Shown here one piece after another: positions 1-9,425 of a stretch of 64,000 nucleotides of DNA. This stretch comes from a bacterium (GTDB taxonomy: Bacteria > Patescibacteriota > Minisyncoccia > Minisyncoccales > CG1-02-41-26). Made by a program: the position numbers and the translations under genes. The stretch covers positions 29,822-93,821 of the forward strand of contig JAUVXX010000001.1 in the NCBI GenBank assembly GCA_030603395.1. Direction: 5' to 3'. Position 1 is the stretch's first letter. Each line of letters opens with the position of its first letter. The notes under the pieces were generated by a model. That model searched no databases. It was not told the origin of the DNA and saw only the letters and a list, made by a program, of their open reading frames with translations.

Positions 1-334
1 TTATTCTCCCGAACCCTAAAACTTTTTTAGTGAAAGACGGATAATAAAATCTTCTGCCGTTAGTATCCAGCTCTATAATCACCGGGGGAAATTTCTTTCT
101 GATGAAAGAGAGTATTTTAAAAAAATCGGGGTGAATTGTCGGCTCCCCACCGGTTAAAATGATTTTGTCATCAATGAGATTGCCGTCTTTGTCAAAAATT
201 TTAGCAGCAATAATTCTTCTTTTAAGCTTGGTAAAACTGTAATCCTCAAAAGGGTCCCTATCCTGAAAATCAGAAGGATTAGTGCACATTATGCACTTGC
301 TGTTGCATTTATTCCAAAGACAAATAACCGGCAT
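1..334 (-). CDS. Radical SAM protein, N-terminal fragment; the gene continues past the window start
   Basis: Minus-strand ATG at 334. My translation reads MPVICLWNKCNSKCIMCTNP...ILTGGEPTIHPDF, giving a CxxxCxxC (CNSKCIMC) motif and a GGEP SAM-binding motif. There is no in-frame stop before position 1. It is absent from the ORF track because it is not stop-bounded. Confidence 0.55.
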   Translation of the reverse strand, partial: MPVICLWNKCNSKCIMCTNPSDFQDRDPFEDYSFTKLKRRIIAAKIFDKDGNLIDDKIILTGGEPTIHPDFFKILSFIRKKFPPVIIELDTNGRRFYYPSFTKKVLGFGRI

Positions 335-342
335 ATTTTATC

Positions 343-555
343 TTACTGTTCAATACCAAAAATAATCTCTCTTTCATCTTTGAGTTCTCCGATCGTTGCT
401 TCTCCTATGTTGTAGAATTTTGCTTTCTCTTTTAATTCTTGTTGAGCTCGAATTTTCGCCTCTTCTATACCAGAGCCCCTGACATAACCTAATACTTCAT
501 CGTGCTCCTGGCTCTGGTAAATAATAACATAGTTTTTGAGTTGTTTTTCGACCAT
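343..555 (-). CDS. Small hypothetical protein (70 aa) between two rSAM genes
   Basis: The ORF is compact and sits 17 nt upstream of the next rSAM gene on the same strand. It contains no recognisable motif. Confidence 0.35.
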   Translation of the reverse strand: MVEKQLKNYVIIYQSQEHDEVLGYVRGSGIEEAKIRAQQELKEKAKFYNIGEATIGELKDEREIIFGIEQ

Positions 556-571
556 ATTTTTTATTTATTAT

Positions 572-1492
572 TTATTTCATCGGCTTTAATTCTTTGTCTC
601 CATAGTTCTTAAGATAGTCCTTCCAAATTCCCTCGCATTTATCATAGAGTCGGCACCCTTGGCATCTTTTAGTTTTTGCTCGACCAACCACCTTGCGCGA
701 GCCCTCAACATCTCGGTTTTCAAAATCAGGGGCTAAATGTTCAGTGTGGAATATTTCCACTTCTTGTAATTCACTTACCTGGTCTAAATAATCAGTAAAG
801 TAGCAGAGGGGAACATAGCGGATAGCCCAGTGAGAAATTTTGTGCTTTTTGCCAATATCAAGACATTTGTGGATGTAAGAAGCTGCTTCTGAAATTTTTG
901 GAACAAATTTATAGAACCTATCATGGGCTGCCCCGTAAGAAGGGTCAACAAAAATAAATTCTGAATTTCTGATACCTAAATTATAAATAAGTTTTCCAAT
1001 CTGAGCAATGTATTTATAATTCTGTTTAACAATAGTGGTATTGGAGCCGATATTTTTCAACCCGACCTTTCTTACATTTTCTATTCCCTTTTTCAATTGG
1101 TTGAAACTGCCCTTTACTTGAGTCAAGAAATCATGGAGTTGGGCTGTATGGCCGTGAATAGAAAAGACTAGACTGTTTAAGCCAGCCTCCACTATTTTTT
1201 TAGCAAAGTTCCGATAAGAGTACATTCTGCCATTGGTTGACATCATTATTGTCTTGAAATCCTGTTCTTTGGCAAACTTTATCAAACCAACAATATCCGG
1301 TCTAATGCTCATCTCCCCTCCAACCAATTCTAAATAAGTTGTCCCTGAATTTCTGGCCTCAACCATTTCTTTTTTTATTTGTAAAGTTGTTTTTTCGGGG
1401 ATACTGTTTCTTTTATTAATATTAAGACAAAACTGGCAATTGTTATTACAGCGATAACCAGGGATAATAACGGTTTTTTTGATTTTGGGCAT
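572..1492 (-). CDS. Radical SAM enzyme, small CNNNC paralog family, with a C-terminal CxxCx5C Cys motif
   Basis: It has GYRCNNNCQFC (CxxxCxxC), a GGE SAM motif, the conserved core TNGRMYSYRNFAKKI, and a C-terminal CQGCRLYDKCEGIW. Confidence 0.8.
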   Translation of the reverse strand: MPKIKKTVIIPGYRCNNNCQFCLNINKRNSIPEKTTLQIKKEMVEARNSGTTYLELVGGEMSIRPDIVGLIKFAKEQDFKTIMMSTNGRMYSYRNFAKKIVEAGLNSLVFSIHGHTAQLHDFLTQVKGSFNQLKKGIENVRKVGLKNIGSNTTIVKQNYKYIAQIGKLIYNLGIRNSEFIFVDPSYGAAHDRFYKFVPKISEAASYIHKCLDIGKKHKISHWAIRYVPLCYFTDYLDQVSELQEVEIFHTEHLAPDFENRDVEGSRKVVGRAKTKRCQGCRLYDKCEGIWKDYLKNYGDKELKPMK

Positions 1493-1511
1493 AGCAATTA
1501 ACTTTTATTTA

Positions 1512-2372
1512 CTAAAGTTTAAATTCGTCTGTTCCATACAAATCTATATAACCCTTTAATACCCCGTCACATTTGGACTCGTAGGAACAATTTTGGCAAA
1601 GAGGGATTCTTATTTTGTCAGGATTTTTTTCAAGACAGGGAAAGAAATATTTTCGAGCATCTTTGAGAAGAGAGCAAGGTAAAAACTCCACCAATAAGAA
1701 CTTAGGAGAGAGGTTATCTTTATAATCTTTCAAGACATTAACTACATGTTGACCGAGCTCACTCATTCTCATTATAATCTTTTTATTGCGGGAGCGCCTG
1801 GAAAGAGGAGCGGCATTAAGAATATTTATTTCTTTTACCCCTAAACCACTGATTAGGTTTATCATCTTGGGAAGTTCAAGATAGTTTATTTTGTTTAAGA
1901 GCAGATTAACAATTAGGCTAAAACCTTTGTCTTTTAATTCTATAACATTTTTTATTCCTTTAACAGTTTGAAGAAAACTTCCCTTGGCTTGGGTCTGGCG
2001 ATCGTGCATTTGAGGAGTTGCCCCGTTAAGAGAGATAACTATTTGATTAACACCTATCCCCAATATTTTTTTAGCAAAATTTTTATAGCTAAGTAATCGC
2101 CCGTTGGTGGTGAAGCCGACCTGTTTAAAACCCAGTCCTTTGGCAAATCTCAACAGCTCAATAAAATCTTTTCTCAAAGTTGGCTCCCGACCCATAAAAT
2201 TAACAAAATCATAATGGGTTCTGACTTGAGAAATCTCTTTTTTAAGCTCTCCGGTGCTTTTTACCTTTAATCTCTCCATATATTCATCGGCTTCCGAACA
2301 AAAAATACAGTTGTTGTTGCAATTGTAGCCAATATAAATATAGGGACTAACTTTCATAATTTTAATAAACAT
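1512..2372 (-). CDS. Radical SAM enzyme, paralog of 572..1492
   Basis: It has GYNCNNNCIFC, the core TNGRLLSYKNFAKKI, and a C-terminal CQNCSYESKCDG. Confidence 0.8.
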   Translation of the reverse strand: MFIKIMKVSPYIYIGYNCNNNCIFCSEADEYMERLKVKSTGELKKEISQVRTHYDFVNFMGREPTLRKDFIELLRFAKGLGFKQVGFTTNGRLLSYKNFAKKILGIGVNQIVISLNGATPQMHDRQTQAKGSFLQTVKGIKNVIELKDKGFSLIVNLLLNKINYLELPKMINLISGLGVKEINILNAAPLSRRSRNKKIIMRMSELGQHVVNVLKDYKDNLSPKFLLVEFLPCSLLKDARKYFFPCLEKNPDKIRIPLCQNCSYESKCDGVLKGYIDLYGTDEFKL

Positions 2373-3319
2373 TTATGCTTTTGAGCCAAAGCGACAATCT
2401 CCTTTGGGCCGTATAAATTTAGGTAGTCTTGCCATACTCCCCCGCATTCTTTAAAAAACCGGCATCTCTGGCAAATCTCTATCCGTTCTTTATGAATATC
2501 TGAATAGATATTTCCTTTTTCTTTTTCAAATCTCCTCGGTTGGTATCCCACCTGCTCAGCTGTGGTCTTTCTGCCCTCAGCCGTAATGAGAGTGGTGCGG
2601 GAATCATCTCTTAGTTCCGGCTTAAAAAGACAGAGGGGAAAATCAAAAAAGGTAATCAGGTTAAACTTATCTAAAATAGCTTCAAGGTTATTCAAGGTAA
2701 AGGATAAATCATTTATTTTCACCACCAAAGTTTTATAAAAATCTTTGGCATAACCATCGGGAATAAGGTCTAAAATGTTGAAAAACTTAATTTTTAGAGA
2801 AGAGAGGAGCTTCCCTAGCTGGGTGAGCTTCTGGTAATTCAGTCGGGAAACCACCGTATTGACGATAACGTTGGTGTTGGGAAGTTTTTGAACGTTCTTG
2901 ATTCCCTGAATGGTTTGCTGGAAACTTTTTGGGGTGCGAGTAATGGCGTTGTGAAGTTCTGCTCTTGGACCATAAAGAGAAAAATTAATTCGTTTTACTC
3001 CGCTTTTAATAATTTTTTTAGCAAAATCATTATAACTTAGCATCCTCCCGTTGGTGCTTAAGCCAATATCTTGATAACCCAAATCTTCAGCACGCTTTAC
3101 CAACTCTAAAATATCTTCTCTGATGGTCGGCTCACCTCCGGTAAATTCTACTCTTTTGAAGCCCTGCTTTATTCCTCTCTCTAAATCTTTGATTACTTCT
3201 TTGGTGCTTCTGTCATCATATTTCTTGCCCTTTGGCTTGGTGGTACACATAATGCAGTTATTATTGCAAGAAAAACCAAGCATAGCTAAGAATATCCGTC
3301 TTGAATTATTATTCTTCAT
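2354..3319 (-). CDS. Radical SAM enzyme, paralog of 572..1492
   Basis: It has GFSCNNNCIMC, TGGEPT, TNGRMLSYNDFAKKI, and a C-terminal CQRCRFFKECGGVW. Confidence 0.8.
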   Translation of the reverse strand: MKNNNSRRIFLAMLGFSCNNNCIMCTTKPKGKKYDDRSTKEVIKDLERGIKQGFKRVEFTGGEPTIREDILELVKRAEDLGYQDIGLSTNGRMLSYNDFAKKIIKSGVKRINFSLYGPRAELHNAITRTPKSFQQTIQGIKNVQKLPNTNVIVNTVVSRLNYQKLTQLGKLLSSLKIKFFNILDLIPDGYAKDFYKTLVVKINDLSFTLNNLEAILDKFNLITFFDFPLCLFKPELRDDSRTTLITAEGRKTTAEQVGYQPRRFEKEKGNIYSDIHKERIEICQRCRFFKECGGVWQDYLNLYGPKEIVALAQKHKCLLKL

Positions 3320-3324
3320 AAAAA

Positions 3325-4227
3325 TTAACTTTTAACCGGCTTAAATTCCTGCCAGCCAAAAATTTGGGGGTACTCTTTCCAGGGACCCTCGCAAACCCTA
3401 TAATGTTTGCATTTCGGACAGTCAGGACCCTTGGCTTTACCTTCTGTTTTACGATATTTGCCATAATCTTCTATAGACCAAGTGGCATCATAAACTGCTC
3501 CTTCGGGAATAATTTTTTCAGCAATATAATCCTCGTAATCTTTCATAAAACAATAAGGGATGGCTTCCGTCATAACAGATACTCCTGCGTCAATGCCAAT
3601 TTGCAGTCCTTTTTTAACGTAAGGCATAACCCTGGACTTTTGGGGAACAATCTCATCTATTAGTTTCGGACTGGAAAGAATCATTTGATTGATATGCACA
3701 AAAGCAAATTGAAATTGGTTTACTCCCAAATTTACCAAAAGTTTGGCAATCTGGGGAAGGTATTTGTAATTAGGTTTGGTAATTACCGTATTCATCAGAA
3801 TACGTTGACCTAAAGATTTGAGATTTTTTATGCCGGTGGTAGTCTGCTCAAAGCTTCCCGGAACCGTAGTTAAGCTGTCGTGGAGGTAAGCTGTGTGTCC
3901 GTGCAAAGCCAAAGCAAACTCATTAGCCCCTTTTTTAATCAGGGCTTGGCAGAAATCTTTATAAGCAAACATCCGGCCGTTAGTCTGGATTTGAATAACT
4001 TTAAACCCTAAATCTTTTGCATATTGAACGAGTTCCGGCAAATCTTTCCTGATGGTCGGTTCGCCTCCGGTAAAAACAACCCCGTCGTATTTTTTACACG
4101 TCTTCCTTAAAATCTCTTTGATTTGTTTGGTTGTTTTGTCGGAATATTTCTCTCTTTTGTTTCCCTGAACGCAAAACCGACACCGGTTATTGCATTGAAA
4201 TCCCAATTTAATATCAACGCGTTTCAT
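3325..4227 (-). CDS. Radical SAM enzyme, paralog of 572..1492
   Basis: It has GFQCNNRCRFC, TGGEPT, TNGRMFAYKDF, and a C-terminal CPKCKHYRVCEGPW. Confidence 0.8.
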   Translation of the reverse strand: MKRVDIKLGFQCNNRCRFCVQGNKREKYSDKTTKQIKEILRKTCKKYDGVVFTGGEPTIRKDLPELVQYAKDLGFKVIQIQTNGRMFAYKDFCQALIKKGANEFALALHGHTAYLHDSLTTVPGSFEQTTTGIKNLKSLGQRILMNTVITKPNYKYLPQIAKLLVNLGVNQFQFAFVHINQMILSSPKLIDEIVPQKSRVMPYVKKGLQIGIDAGVSVMTEAIPYCFMKDYEDYIAEKIIPEGAVYDATWSIEDYGKYRKTEGKAKGPDCPKCKHYRVCEGPWKEYPQIFGWQEFKPVKS

Positions 4228-4254
4228 AGCTTTAATTATTTACTTTATTTTATT

Positions 4255-5352
4255 TTATTTAAATAGACGCCAGCACTGTGGATCTGGCAAAAACTGAGGC
4301 TCCTCCAGGTAGGTATCTTTCCAATAACTATAACTGACGCACTTTGCCCCTCCCCTACATTTATCAAAATAAGGGCAATCCTGACAGCGGATGTTTATGT
4401 TCTCGGGATTTCTTAGTTTTTTAAGCTCCCGGGAATTATAAAATATTTCTTCCAAGGACTGCTTTAGAACATTTCCCACGTAGATTGGCAGCCTTCGGCA
4501 GGGGTAAACATCCCCATTGGGCAGAATAGTCAAAGAAGAATATCCGGCCACGCAAGTGTTAGCCGGATAACTTTCCTGGGCTAAAATTCCGTCTTCGCAG
4601 CCTATTTCTAATCTTAATTTTGCTTTCTGCTCTTTTAATTTTTTCTGCGCTCTTAAAGTATAAAGGTACAGCTCTTTTGTTTCTCGGGGAGATAGCATTA
4701 ATTTTTTCATTTGTTTGCCCCTGCCCAAAGGAATAAATCTTCTTAAGCCCAAGCCATTTACTCCCAGATCTCTGGCTAATTGAATTATCTGGGGAACGTC
4801 CCCTAAATTCTGTCTGGTTATAGTCACGGAAATACTGGTGGGAATTTTGTTTTCAACCAGTAATTTTATCGCTTCTATTATTTTTCTAAAAGTTCCCCTG
4901 CCTCGAATTCCATCATTTTTCTCCTCTGTCCCCTCCAGGCTTACCTGGGCATAATCTATTTTTAGTTTTTTAAGTTTGGCTGTTTTTTCTTTATTGAGCA
5001 GAGTGCCGTTAATAAGAATTCCGTACCTGGTTTTCTTTCTATTTTGAAAACATTTCTCTAAAAATTTAAAGAAATCCGCTCTGACCATTGGCTCACCCCC
5101 GGTAATAGAGATTCTCGAGCTTTCACGGAGAAGCTTCCACTTCCTGACAAGCTTGACGTAGTCATTGAGAGTTTTGAAAAGCTGGCTCAAGGAAAGTTCA
5201 TTTTTAAGAAATTTCGGGTCAAAATAGCAGTGGCGGCAAGTCAAATTACACCTTTCGGTAATATGCCATTGGAGATGAAAAGAGGAAGGTTTGTATTCAG
5301 CAAACATTGTTTCTTCTCTTGAAATAATAACATCTCTCAATCTTTTTAACAA
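4255..5352 (-). CDS. Radical SAM enzyme with C-terminal SPASM domain
   Basis: It has CNLTCRHCYF and GGEP motifs. The C-terminus carries a Cys cluster CVAGY...CRRLP...CQDCPYFDKCRGGAKC, typical of SPASM auxiliary 4Fe-4S domains. Confidence 0.8.
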   Translation of the reverse strand: MLKRLRDVIISREETMFAEYKPSSFHLQWHITERCNLTCRHCYFDPKFLKNELSLSQLFKTLNDYVKLVRKWKLLRESSRISITGGEPMVRADFFKFLEKCFQNRKKTRYGILINGTLLNKEKTAKLKKLKIDYAQVSLEGTEEKNDGIRGRGTFRKIIEAIKLLVENKIPTSISVTITRQNLGDVPQIIQLARDLGVNGLGLRRFIPLGRGKQMKKLMLSPRETKELYLYTLRAQKKLKEQKAKLRLEIGCEDGILAQESYPANTCVAGYSSLTILPNGDVYPCRRLPIYVGNVLKQSLEEIFYNSRELKKLRNPENINIRCQDCPYFDKCRGGAKCVSYSYWKDTYLEEPQFLPDPQCWRLFK

Positions 5353-5436
5353 CTGTTATTGACAAATTTTTCTGAAGATGTATAATGAACTAAAAATAAA
5401 AAGCTCTTTAATAATTAGAGCGAAAGGAATAGCAAT

Positions 5437-6190
5437 GAAAAAGATTATAGGGATGATAGGAATTGTAGTAGTGATGATGCTTTTGGTGCTTTGTTTAGTG
5501 CCAAAAGCGGAAGCAAGAACAATAGGACTGTTGGTGGGTCCTAGTCTAAATCTTGAGGGACTAAATGATGTTCTTGGTGTCTTGAACAAAGAGCTAGGAG
5601 CGGATTTTAGCCTTAAAGAAGGACTAATGTATTCATTGGTCCTTAAGGGAGATTGGGTTACCCCGGTCTGGCGTAAAGGGATTGACTTCTCTGTTTGCCA
5701 GGCCAAGGCAGAAGACACTATCATGGGTTCCTGGGTTGGGAACCAAAGAGAGAAAATTGGGATTGAGATAGGAGTCTTGATTATGCCAATTTTTTTCACC
5801 AGAACATATGAGCCGAAAGGCAAGGGAAAAATATCGACTCGTCTGGGATTAGGGTTGGGAGGGGTTGTCACCCTCGTAAATATTTCCCAAGAAAAAACGA
5901 CTTTTTTTTGGGATCAGGATGGCAATCTTCAGGAGACAAAGCAAAGCTCAAGCAAAAGCCTGATTCTACCGTCTTTTGGTGTCCAGCTCTCAGCTGGACT
6001 TGAGTATAGGCTGGGAAAGAATGACGGGGAGTATGATTGGTCCAGAAAGAGAAAAAGTATTTTGCTGGAAGTAAGATATATTTCCAGCACGATAGAAATT
6101 CGAGACCCAGAGGCAAAACCCAATCCGATGGAAATTAGTGTCGAAATGAGTGAATTTTCTTTGAGGATGGGATTTATCACAGAGTTTTAA
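5437..6190 (+). CDS. Secreted beta-rich protein (signal peptide), function unknown
   Basis: The ORF track gives 5378..6190. An internal ATG at 5437 is preceded by a GAAAGGA ribosome-binding site and gives MKKIIGMIGIVVVMMLLVLCLVPKAEA, a signal peptide. The protein has an alternating hydrophobic pattern and ends in Phe. It is followed by terminator hairpins. Confidence 0.5.
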
Positions 6191-6197
6191 GAAAAAA

Positions 6198-6284
6198 ATT
6201 CTCCCCGACTTGGTTTAATCAAGCGGGGAGAATTTATATAGGTTTTAGTGATTTGTAACCCGTTAGATGAGAGTCCAACGGGTT
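6198..6284. terminator. Two stem-loops at the convergent junction between 5437..6190 (+) and 6298..6933 (-)
   Basis: The first inverted repeat is aattctccccg...cggggagaatt at 6198..6234, followed by TTTATATA. The second is aacccgtt...aacgggtt at 6257..6284, followed by TTTTAT. Confidence 0.5.
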
Positions 6285-6297
6285 TTATAATAGATTC

Positions 6298-6933
6298 TTA
6301 GTAAAAAAACTCATTCTCATTTAAATCTATTATCCCCGTTATAAATTCTATGGCAATTGTTTCTCCTATTAAATTCTTTAAAGGTTTGAAACATTTTCTC
6401 TCCTGGGTCCTGTCAACCCACTCTTGAGTGACTTCCTGTTCTTTTATGACCAGAGTAATTAAGTAATAATCGCCAGACAAGGGTTGCCAAACAAACATGT
6501 CAGAAGAATTTAGGGGAACCCGACAATCTTTTTCTGGAGATCTTACTGCCTCATCTATTATTTCAGCAATTTCAATATTGCAACTTCTTATTTGACCCAT
6601 AGAAACCTTTTCTTCCGGATAAAACTTGTCTAAATTAGCGGTCTGGTAAGCGGGACCGAACTCGCAAGAGATTTCACAGTCAGGCCACTTCTTAACAATA
6701 TGAACTAAGTTAATCAGGGAGTTTTCGTTTAATACCGAAGGTCCGAATGCTTCTCTAAGAGGTCCTGTATGATTAAAGATTATCTTATTAATTCTTTCGT
6801 TGCTGGTAATTCGTGGTATAATTTCAACTGAAGGTTCTCTCCGGGCAGAATAATAAATAAGCAATAGAGCAACTATGTCCACCACAAAGAAGATGCCCGC
6901 TATGAGTATTAAAATTTTAAGTTTTTTGCTCAT
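6298..6933 (-). CDS. Hypothetical protein with N-terminal membrane anchor
   Basis: It has an N-terminal TM segment (LKILILIAGIFFVVDIVALLLIYY) and no recognisable catalytic motif. Confidence 0.4.
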   Translation of the reverse strand: MSKKLKILILIAGIFFVVDIVALLLIYYSARREPSVEIIPRITSNERINKIIFNHTGPLREAFGPSVLNENSLINLVHIVKKWPDCEISCEFGPAYQTANLDKFYPEEKVSMGQIRSCNIEIAEIIDEAVRSPEKDCRVPLNSSDMFVWQPLSGDYYLITLVIKEQEVTQEWVDRTQERKCFKPLKNLIGETIAIEFITGIIDLNENEFFY

Positions 6934-6976
6934 ATTTTGAATATAAAGCTTTTTTGCCTTGTAACCTTTAAATAAA

Positions 6977-8458
6977 ATGATAACTTATTTCAGAGATATC
7001 CAGACAAAAAAACATAAAAAGATTGCCGCAGATTATCTTGAAAATAAATATTTTGTTTTTGAGATAGCGAAGACAAAATTTCTAATTACAACGAGGCATC
7101 GCTCTTGGGTTATTCTTTCTAAAAAAGAATATAAACTTCTTCTCAATCATAGGGTTCATCAGAACCCCAAGCTCTTTAAGATATTATCCGGACTCAATGT
7201 TATCTATATTAAAGATAACATATCAGAGGTAATTCAACAATACAAAAATAAATACCATTACCTAAGTCGTCCTCCGACGCTGAATATTATGGTGCCAACC
7301 TTGCGCTGTAATTTAAAATGTGATTACTGCCATTCTCTTTCCGGTCCAAATGTTAGAAAAAAAGATATGACTGAATCTTTAGTTAAAAAGACGATTGATT
7401 TTATTTTTACCATACCTCATCAGTCCAAAAAAGTTCATATAGAGTTTCAGGGAGGAGAACCGCTCTTAAGATGGGATATTGTAAAGTACAGTATAAAATA
7501 CGCAAAAGAAAAATCAAAAAAGATGAAATTTCGGCCTCCTTCTTTTTCTCTGACCACGAATCTCGCATTAATGAACGAGAAAATAGCAGAAGACATAGCC
7601 CGCTATAATTCAAATACAACCTCCTTTAAGATTAATATTTCTCTCGATGGCCCGGAAAAAATTCATGATTCTCAAAGGAAACATTGCGACGGAGAGGGAA
7701 GCTACAAAAAAGTTATTCACTGGCTTGATATTTTGAAGAAGAAATATAAAATCTCTCCCTCGGTGATATCGGTAATAACTCAAAACAGCTTAAATCACGA
7801 AAAAGAAATTATTGACGAATTAATAAAACATAATTTAAGGAACTTCAAATTTTTACCCGTTAGTTTAACGGGTAGACTCTACAATAAACATCAAGAAAAA
7901 AAAGATAATCTTTCTATTTCTCCTGAAGAATTTTTTAATTTTTGGAAGAACTCATTAGAATATATTTTAAAGTTAAATAAAAAAGGAATTAAAGTTAAAG
8001 AACAAATTACCCTTTTTCTTTTATCAAATATCTTGTCTTTAAGGGCAGATTATATGTGCGCAAGAAAACCCTGTGGAGCAGGCATTTCTCAGTTAGAGTT
8101 TGGTTGCGACGGAACAATTCATGCCTGCGACGGAGGAAAAAACATAAAAGAGTTGGAACTGGGCAATGTAAATACTCACCGCTACGAAGATATAACAATG
8201 TCAAAAATCGTTTCTCAATTAAGGTCCATCCGAAGCGAAAACTTACCCATCTGCTCTGATTGTCCCTGGGGCCCATATTGCGGGTATTGCGTCGCTCGAG
8301 GCATTAACCAACACGGCCAACTCAGACCCAAAATACCAGAGGACTATGACTGCCAATTATACAGCCGGATGATTCCTTATCTGTTTAGGGGATTTTTAGG
8401 TAAGGAACGAGCTCAAATTTTTTCTAAATGGGTTAACAATTTACTTGAGGGTTTTTGA
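6977..8458 (+). CDS. Radical SAM/SPASM enzyme with an N-terminal extension of about 110 aa (possible peptide-recognition domain)
   Basis: It has CNLKCDYCHS and GGEP motifs, and a C-terminal CGAGISQLEFGCDG...CSDCPWGPYCGYC, which matches an anaerobic-sulfatase-maturase-like SPASM domain. It is a paralog of 17972..19393. Confidence 0.8.
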   Translation: MITYFRDIQTKKHKKIAADYLENKYFVFEIAKTKFLITTRHRSWVILSKKEYKLLLNHRVHQNPKLFKILSGLNVIYIKDNISEVIQQYKNKYHYLSRPPTLNIMVPTLRCNLKCDYCHSLSGPNVRKKDMTESLVKKTIDFIFTIPHQSKKVHIEFQGGEPLLRWDIVKYSIKYAKEKSKKMKFRPPSFSLTTNLALMNEKIAEDIARYNSNTTSFKINISLDGPEKIHDSQRKHCDGEGSYKKVIHWLDILKKKYKISPSVISVITQNSLNHEKEIIDELIKHNLRNFKFLPVSLTGRLYNKHQEKKDNLSISPEEFFNFWKNSLEYILKLNKKGIKVKEQITLFLLSNILSLRADYMCARKPCGAGISQLEFGCDGTIHACDGGKNIKELELGNVNTHRYEDITMSKIVSQLRSIRSENLPICSDCPWGPYCGYCVARGINQHGQLRPKIPEDYDCQLYSRMIPYLFRGFLGKERAQIFSKWVNNLLEGF

Positions 8459-9395
8459 TTTGTAAGAATTTATAAACTAAGCAGCTGCCGTGACACTGTT
8501 TTCTCTTTTTAAAGAGACAATCTTTACATTCTGGGAATAAATCTATCTCCCACCTCAATTTGTCAAGGAGTTTTTTATAATAATCAATTATTTCTTTCTC
8601 GCTTTTGAAAGTATCTAAGGGAGGCCCCTCAATACCTAAGGCAATGCAGGGCAATAGTGTTTTGGCGGGTGTTATTGCATAACTACTTTTTCCGGCTCCG
8701 CAAATACCTCGCAGCCCGATATTTTTGATTAAAAATGCCCTTTCTTTTTCGGAAAAAAAACATAGAGGAAACGGTTCAGCAAGTTGACATTTGATATTTT
8801 GTCTTAACAAATCTTTTGTCAATTGTAAAATATATCTGGAAAAACCTTTTAAGTTCTCTTTTTTAATGTGCTCATTTTGATTAAAACTTGAAGGAAAAAC
8901 GGGAGTAAACTCTACATAATGAATGTCTAATTTTTTGCAGGCACCTATAATATAATTATAGGAAACATCAGGAGAAATAATATTAAACCTAAAGCCGAGG
9001 TTTTTGGTAATTTTTCTTATGTTTTTTAAATTAGAATATAGAGTTTCTAACTCTTGGGGGGAATATTCTGAGGGAGGGTTGAAATTAACCAAGAAGGAAA
9101 ATATAGCCGGAGATTCAATATTGATTTTTTTTATATCAAAGATTCCGTTGGTATAAAGCAGTATTTTCAAACCATACTTTTCAGCCAATTTTAAGGCAGA
9201 ATCTATTTTACTAAATAAAGTGGGCTCTCCTCCGTTAAAGCCAATCACCTCTTTGATTCCTTGCTTATTGAACCATTTGAAAACAGTTTCAAGTTTCTCT
9301 AAAGAAATTTCTCGGGGCCATTTTTTTAAAAATCCTTTGGCAAAACAATAACGACAATTTCTATTACAAAAATAACTAAGATTAATCTGTCTCAT
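8433..9395 (-). CDS. Radical SAM/SPASM enzyme
   Basis: It has CNRNCRYCFAKG, NGGEPT, and a C-terminal CGAGKSS...CIALG...CKDCLF...CHGSC. Its 3' end overlaps that of the convergent gene 6977..8458 by 26 nt. Confidence 0.75.
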   Translation of the reverse strand: MRQINLSYFCNRNCRYCFAKGFLKKWPREISLEKLETVFKWFNKQGIKEVIGFNGGEPTLFSKIDSALKLAEKYGLKILLYTNGIFDIKKINIESPAIFSFLVNFNPPSEYSPQELETLYSNLKNIRKITKNLGFRFNIISPDVSYNYIIGACKKLDIHYVEFTPVFPSSFNQNEHIKKENLKGFSRYILQLTKDLLRQNIKCQLAEPFPLCFFSEKERAFLIKNIGLRGICGAGKSSYAITPAKTLLPCIALGIEGPPLDTFKSEKEIIDYYKKLLDKLRWEIDLFPECKDCLFKKRKQCHGSCLVYKFLQIKNPQVNC

Positions 9396-9425
9396 TTAAT
9401 AAAAAGGCTGAAGATATTAACTCTA

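Noticed and set aside
5356-5871. 171-aa minus-strand ORF overlapping the secreted-protein gene
   Set aside because: It overlaps a better-supported plus-strand gene that has a ribosome-binding site and a signal peptide. Its predicted protein is low-complexity and Pro- and Ser-rich, which is typical of antisense translation.
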